Shown: one piece after another, positions 58,401-64,000 of the stretch | Layout: each line of letters opens with the position of its first letter | How positions within the stretch are numbered: position 1 is the first letter of the stretch | Origin: Catajapyx aquilonaris | Lineage: Eukaryota | Reading direction: 5' to 3' | Length of the DNA: 64,000 nt | NCBI GenBank assembly: GCA_000934665.2 | Contig: KZ538023.1 | Span: 62,001 to 126,000, forward strand | The notes under the pieces: generated by a model | What the model saw: the letters and a program-made list of their open reading frames with translations, nothing else | What the model was told of the DNA's origin: nothing | Database searches by the model: none | Program-made: the position numbers and the translations under genes

Positions 58401-61400
58401 CCGCCACTCCCTTGGTCCCTGCGACGGAGGTCACTCTGGGGCTAACGGACGCCCCAGAATTACCCACGCCCTCCTCCCTAGGCCCGCAGGGAGAGGGAAG
58501 GCCACTGGTGGTGTTGTCTGAGGCTGGGCCGTCGTCCGAGGGGGGACCAGAGTGGGGCAAACCGCCCTTCTCGTCTCCATCCGGGGGGCTCCTCAATTCT
58601 GGACCGTTTCGAGCCATCCGCACAAAATCTCTCAGAATTTTTCTCTTTTGCCCAATAAAATATATTTCCCCCACTCTTAACTTATTTTCTGGGGGAACCT
58701 CACAGGCCATACTTGTAGCGAAACTACTGTTGACTAGTTCATTTACGAGCACGATAATGTGGTAACAAAAAGTACGTAACATCTATGACCACCTGGTAAC
58801 AATAAGGGCGCGTTTATATGTGAGCGATTTGATCAGCGATGTTGGGGCGAAAATATATTGTTACTTTTCGCTGCAACATCGCTGATAAATCGCTCACATG
58901 TAAACGCGGCCAATTACACGTATGGAAAAATTAGCAACTTGTGACGAATCAGACGCACGTTACGACAAAATTGTCAACATATTTTCCCGCGTTCGCTATA
59001 AGCAGGCTTTTTCAACTAGTTTCAGAATATTTTTCAAATTTGATTATGGCAGGATTGCTACAAGCCATACCACAAAAAAAAATAATGAAACCAATAACAA
59101 AAGCATGTGCACTACTTGGGTTCACCACAACAAGGCGAGGTTCCCACCAGAGACAAATTACTACAATGTGCGCAGTGATGTCTCGCAAGTTCTTCCCAAT
59201 CATTACATTGAACAAGAACTGGCGGGGACAACACTGCAGGTAATATCGTAAGATCGTGTATGATCAGTGGAAGGCGTGAGACTTACGAGGGCAGTCTTCC
59301 ATGGAGCTGAGGGACGTGATGGACGATCCCACTCCCTTGTGTTCACGGGGACTGCTGTGGGCCAAACCCTGCGGCAAAACAAGCGTCGTCGTCCTTCTCT
59401 GCGGCGACTGCACCTCCGAATTCTGCTTCGACTTCACGTCTGCAAAAATAACATTTTCACATGTACGACGTGTAATGACGAAGCTTTCCCTGTTTATAAC
59501 AAAAAAAAATGGCTATCCGCCGAACCGTTCTGAATCTTCTTAGCGTCATAGTAGGCTTCCTTGGTCTCGTCCCGCCAGTTGCATGGCGGAGGAATGGCGT
59601 TGGCGACATTCGCGGCTGTAGTGGCTGCAATTGCGCTTGCCACTGAGGCCTTATGAAGACTGTCTGCGTCGCTGGCCGAGTGGGAAGGAGGAGGAGGCGG
59701 GAGGGTCACCCCGAGTGCGGAAGGCTTGTTGATGTTTTGGATGAACTCGAGGTCATCCGCTGCTGACCCGTAGTTCCTCACCAGATCCAGCTTGTTCAGA
59801 GGGGCCAGTGGGGTCGAGTTGGCAGCAGGGCAGCACTCGGACGAGTGTGGGGTGTAGGATGCTGGGCGGGGCGGGTGCTGGGGTGGGATCTGCAACAAAT
59901 CATAAGACTGCCGCTAGGAAATCAACTCTTTCAAACAAGTCCGCTAGGTCAAAAACTTGGCCAATTTTTGGTAACTCGCAGAAGGTTACGGATATTGCGA
60001 GCAGGTTGTATTACAATGTGAGCGATTTGATCAGCAAAGCGCAAGAGCGATGAGATCAATTGTTTCGGGGAAAAATATATTGTTGGCTCAGCCGCATTTC
60101 GGTGATCAAATTGCTCGTATGTAATTAGCGGATCTATTGCTGTTAAATTCTGCGACATCTAAAATTGACCAAGTTTCCAAATAAATCTAACCTAATTGCT
60201 ACCGTGCATGTAAATTAATTCAACAAAGCAGGGAAATGGCGGTAATAACATAACGAGTAAAGAGCAAAACGAATTAAAAAGTGGGACGGGACGCAATTTT
60301 TTTGGGGGTATGAGGAAGGTGTGCAGGATTATTGTGCCGCGTGTCTTGCTTGTTATGGATAGTTTCACACTGATATTATTTAAAAACGTAACGAGTCAAC
60401 TCACAGCGTTTGTGGTGATCTCAATGTTGCTGAGTTTAGAGCTGCGTTTGAAGTCCAAGTCGTGTCTGCCTCGGTTCGAATTGAGTTTGACCTCCTTGTT
60501 GGCGTCTGGGATGTTGACGAGGTTGGGCCTCTGTCGGGATCTCTTGACTCGGAATCGTCTGTAAGCCACAAACAGGAGCACCAGGCCCAGGATGGCTGCC
60601 AGACCCACCAGGATCCCAATCACCTCCTCCACAGTGATGCTGTGTCGATTCGACACAATCGGTGTTGCGTAGAGCGAGTGATTGCATAGCGGGCCAGTCG
60701 CATTCGGAGTGCAAACGCATCTGAAGCTTCCAGGTTCATTCACACATGTACCGCCACCCATACACGGACTGTGCTCACATTCATTCACGTCCACGTTGCA
60801 AGTGTCGCCTGTGAAGCCTCGGCAGTGACACCAAGGTCCGGTGGTGCCTTCTTCGCAAGTTCCTCCATGACGGCATGGGTTGGCAGCACAATGCCGCGCA
60901 GTCTGGCATCGTTCTCCGGAGGTACCGGACACACAGAGGCAACGGAAACCATTGTCGTCAACACAATGGCCCCCGTTCATGCATGGGGATGATGCGCACG
61001 GAGTACGGTCAATCTCGCAGTGAGCACCGGCGTAACGTAACGAGGGACACTGGCAGCGGTAGCCAGTACCAACTTCCTGACAGGTCCCACCGTTGCGGCA
61101 AGGATGATGTGAGCATGGACCAGGAATCGGGAGTATTGCAGGGCACATAAAGTCGACATTCGCAAGACGACGGAGGGTAGCGACTGTGCCACCATTGTTG
61201 ATGTGAAGAGGCAGAGACGAGTGGTCTAATCGGGCGTCATCTATGCATCCTGCGAATCCTCGCCGTGCATCGTCGAACCCAGCACTTGGCCGCACTTCGG
61301 CACCGATGTACATGCCGTCGTTTGGAGCATCCAAAATCTGGTTACCAGACGATACAGCACGTTGCTCATGACGGTCGACCGTGAGCCTGACTGACGATCC

Positions 61401-64000
61401 CTCACGATCAACCGCAACGTGATGCCAAATGCCGTCCGCAACATTAGCTCCGCTCACTCGTACAACGCCGTCTCCACTGCCGAACTCCCATCGGAACTGC
61501 ACCTCCCCGTCAACCGTTTCTAATACTGCATAGTCATACTCTCCAGCTATGTACACCAAGCAACCGTGTGGCTGTAGCGTCTTGATCCGCATCGAGATGC
61601 TGAACCGGCGATGTAGCGGTTTTGCAACCGCGTATCTCGCAAAGCTCTTCCCTGAGAAGGACAGCGGTGCACGAGGGGCGTAGCAGCCTGCATGGTCGCA
61701 TGGAGTTGAGTCGCGACATCCAGGTCCGCCGGTTCCCTCGGGGCAACGGCAGGAGTATCCAAGAGGAGATCCATCGGGAATGCACTGTTGGGGAGGCAGG
61801 CATGGGTCGCGGGCACATTCGTTGACGACACTCTCACAACGGGCACCACCATATCCCTTCTGGCAACGACACTCAACACGATGGTGGTGCTGCGGCGACA
61901 CGAAGCTTGTCGTCTCGGTCGCAACAGCCAGGACCTGGCTGGTGTCCATCACAACCTGTGCAAACAAGTGTTTTTATAATCCGAATATGCCTAGGCAAGA
62001 ACGGAGCTTACCTGATGATGGCAGTTTCCGTGAAGACAAAAGGAAGGCGAACATCTCCGCTCCAGTATCTCAACCACTTCCAGTCCCAACGTCGATTCCA
62101 TTTCAGGTATCTTCTCCATGAGTGTTGCTCTGACCGCATCGGCTCCGTGGTAGCCGCTAGCTCCGTTTGCACTGACTCCGCTCTTTCTTACGGCTAATAA
62201 TACATCGAGGTTTTGTGTTGCACGTGCGGACCGGTTACCACGTCCGATACGTCCAAAAGACGGCTGCACGCTGAGGATCACAATGTCCTTCAGACGAACA
62301 TTCAGTGCATTGCGTACAGCACGTACGAATGACTTCTGATGAGTGAGTATGAATACTTCTGGAGTGATGTCGGCTAGTCGTACAGTAACGCTGTGCTGGA
62401 CCATATCTTCAGTAATTAGCTCGACAGCGACTCTTATTGTCTCGTAGGCAGTGTACTTTCCGTCGCTCACCGAAATATTTACAGAGTAACGTCCGACATC
62501 TAAGCCGGGTAGTGCGATTATCGTTCCGTCTTCCGGGTCGACTTCAAATAAAGGTATAGCTGGCTCGTCAAGAACCGGTACGACCAGAGAGTACGTCAAG
62601 GTGTCATATGCATCCTGATCTGTTGCACGTACTCGTCCAATTATTCCACCTGGGAATTCATCTAGGAAGGCGTTTATAGTCACGTCTAGCGGAGTGACAA
62701 TTGGCGGGTACTGCGACTCTTCAATCACACGTACTGTTACATGCGTGTCTGAGGAGAGCGGAGGTGTTCCGTTGTCAAATACCCGTATGTGCAGGTTGTA
62801 CTGTTCACGCTGCTTGTGGTTAAACTTTGCGGCCGTCCGGAGCGTTCCGTCTTGCGCGATGCGAAACCATCTTCCTTCATTCCCGTTTACAATATCATAT
62901 GTAAATGGCGATGCATTTGGCGGCGCATCGGAATCGCTCACTTGGAATTTCAGTATTGAAAAGCCCAGTGGCTTGTCTTCTTGAACGACAGCGGTGTGGT
63001 TGACTTGAGAGAACATTGGCGCATTGTCGTTAGCGTCGCTAACTTCAACGTTGACAAGCACGGAGCTTGAAAGTGACGGTGTGCCATGATCGTGGGCGTA
63101 CACTTCTAGTACGTAGCTTGAAACCATCTCACGGTCCAGCTGACTAGCAACAGACAGGTAGCCAGTCTCGCTGTCAACTGCAAACTGCGAGTGACGATCG
63201 CCTCGTACCAAAGTGTACGACACCCTTGAGCTGTCGCCTGAATCCACATCGCTCGCCATTACTTGCAGAATCCGGTCGCCAACTTGTGCATCCTCACGCA
63301 CAACCGCGCTGTACGTTGGCTGAGCGAACACTGGCGGGTTGTCATTCGCATCGGTCACTGTGATATTCACAGTCGCATGGTTACTCAATGGCGGTACTCC
63401 CCCGTCCGTAGCCTGCACAGTCAAAAAGTAACTGCGGACCCGCTCGTAATCCAACTGCTTCGCTACCAGAACCACACCGGTCCGCTTGTCAACATCAAAG
63501 TGGCGATGCTCATTTCCGCCAACGATAGAGTACGACACCTCCGCATTGACGCCAGTGTCCTTCGATGTTGCCAGCACCCTTGCGACCTCGCTTCCGACGC
63601 CTGCCAGTTCGGAAACCGTTGCATAGTAATACTTGGAGGCAAACTCCGGAGGATTGTCGTTCACGTCCAGTACAACCACTGTCAATTGTACTGTAGCTGC
63701 CATCTGCGGTGATCCCTGATCTGTCGCTTGCACCGTGAGGTTGTAACTTGCCTGTCGTTCCCTATCCAACGGACGTCCCAGTATGACCACTCCGCTTTCA
63801 GTATCAATTATGAAGTGGTCGTCAGCCGAATCCAGGAAAGCGTACCGGACCTTCCGATTGATCCCGATGTCACGATCATTCGCATGAACCTTTGCGACCA
63901 ACGTCTTGACCTCCCCGTCTTCAGGTATGGCCACGCTGTATCCGCTCGCTGGTGCCACAAACTGCGGTGCGTTGTCATTCACATCCGACACCAGCAGCTC
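55413..64000 (-). CDS. kug: Fat-like atypical cadherin (FAT1-3 / Drosophila kugelei-Fat2 type), 5'-partial
   Basis: Exons >64000-62012 (cadherin repeats DVNDNAPQF, LDRE, DVNDNPPEF; RSAR furin-type site 62233-62222), 61955-60405 (EGF, laminin G, EGF repeats, TM VIGILVGLAAILGLVLLFVAY, KRSSKLSNIE), 59889-59526 (LNKLDLVRNYGSAADDLE), 59439-59287, [57403-57380], 56822-56664 (YDWDCTDW...NITEVPGSEHPDSSSFHSNESNES), 56527-56394, 56292-55871 and 55659-55413, ending in PDZ-type TQV*. The single LamG and the YGSA.D.LE and WDC.DW..ITEVPG motifs indicate Fat-like rather than Fat4/ft. Confidence 0.92.
55697..55851. mobile_element. MITE with CCCAG termini in the last intron of the Fat-like gene, 155 bp
   Basis: TIR CCCAGGTAGCTCAAATCGCCCTGGAATATCCC / GGGATATTCCAGGGCGATTTGTGCTACCTGGG. 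Interior is tandem G[GA]ATATCC repeats; no clean TSD. Confidence 0.85.
57380..57403 (-). CDS. Candidate 24-nt cassette microexon of the Fat-like gene (adds PEGDKGVQ and restores G of GYDWD)
   Basis: Branch point CACTAAC (57459-57453), pyrimidine tract, GGCAG|CCGAGGGAGACAAAGGAGTTCAAG|GTATCA. Phase 1-1, matching the flanking intron. Confidence 0.75.
58281..58688 (-). CDS. Candidate large alternative cassette exon of the Fat-like gene (Pro/Gly/Ser-rich, up to 136 codons; acceptor uncertain)
   Basis: GC-rich open frame with phase-1 donor GCCG|GTAAAC at 58281. In-frame phase-1 acceptors at 58688 (TTCCCCCAG|) or 58598 (GTCCAG|). Confidence 0.5.
58806..58911. mobile_element. Harbinger-like MITE, 106 bp
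   Basis: GGGCGCGTTTATATGTGAGCGATTT / AAATCGCTCACATGTAAACGCGGCC inverted ends, with TAA on the left. A related copy lies at ~60009-60126. Confidence 0.75.
59953..60177. mobile_element. Decayed MITE enclosing a relative of the 58806 MITE
   Basis: Outer IR AAACTTGGCCAATTTT..TCGCAGAA / TTCTGCGA..AAAATTGACCAAGTTT. The inner segment shares ATGTGAGCGATTTGATCAGC and GAAAA(A)TATATTGTT with 58806-58911. Confidence 0.6.

Overview
This is eukaryotic (animal, most likely arthropod) genomic DNA with short GT-AG introns. I reconstructed five spliced protein-coding genes by hand. They are EMC10 (- strand, last exon outside the window), AASDH (+, 8 exons, 961 aa, head-to-head with EMC10), an ATP10-class P4-ATPase lipid flippase (+, 16 coding exons, 1516 aa, with a 19.6-kb intron), SAE1/Aos1 (+, 5 exons, 335 aa), and the 3' part of a Fat1/kugelei-type Fat-like cadherin (-). 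Two areas stand out. (i) The Fat-like intracellular tail has a 24-nt frame-preserving microexon and a larger candidate cassette exon just before the GYDWD motif, which is where vertebrate FAT1 inserts its alternative cytoplasmic exons. RBFOX (U)GCAUG motifs surround these exons, and the stop codon is UGA-C followed by a 39-codon candidate readthrough extension. (ii) An ~11-kb gene-free block between SAE1 and Fat is bracketed by a direct duplication of the Fat distal 3' UTR. It holds a ~1.28-kb inverted repeat, a ~200-bp hairpin, broken Cys/sequon-rich reading frames (one resembling a nairovirus Gc fusion loop) and MITEs of several superfamilies, so it is a candidate small-RNA/EVE locus. No database searches were run; gene identities rest on recognised motifs and exon structures on manual splice-site and frame reconstruction.
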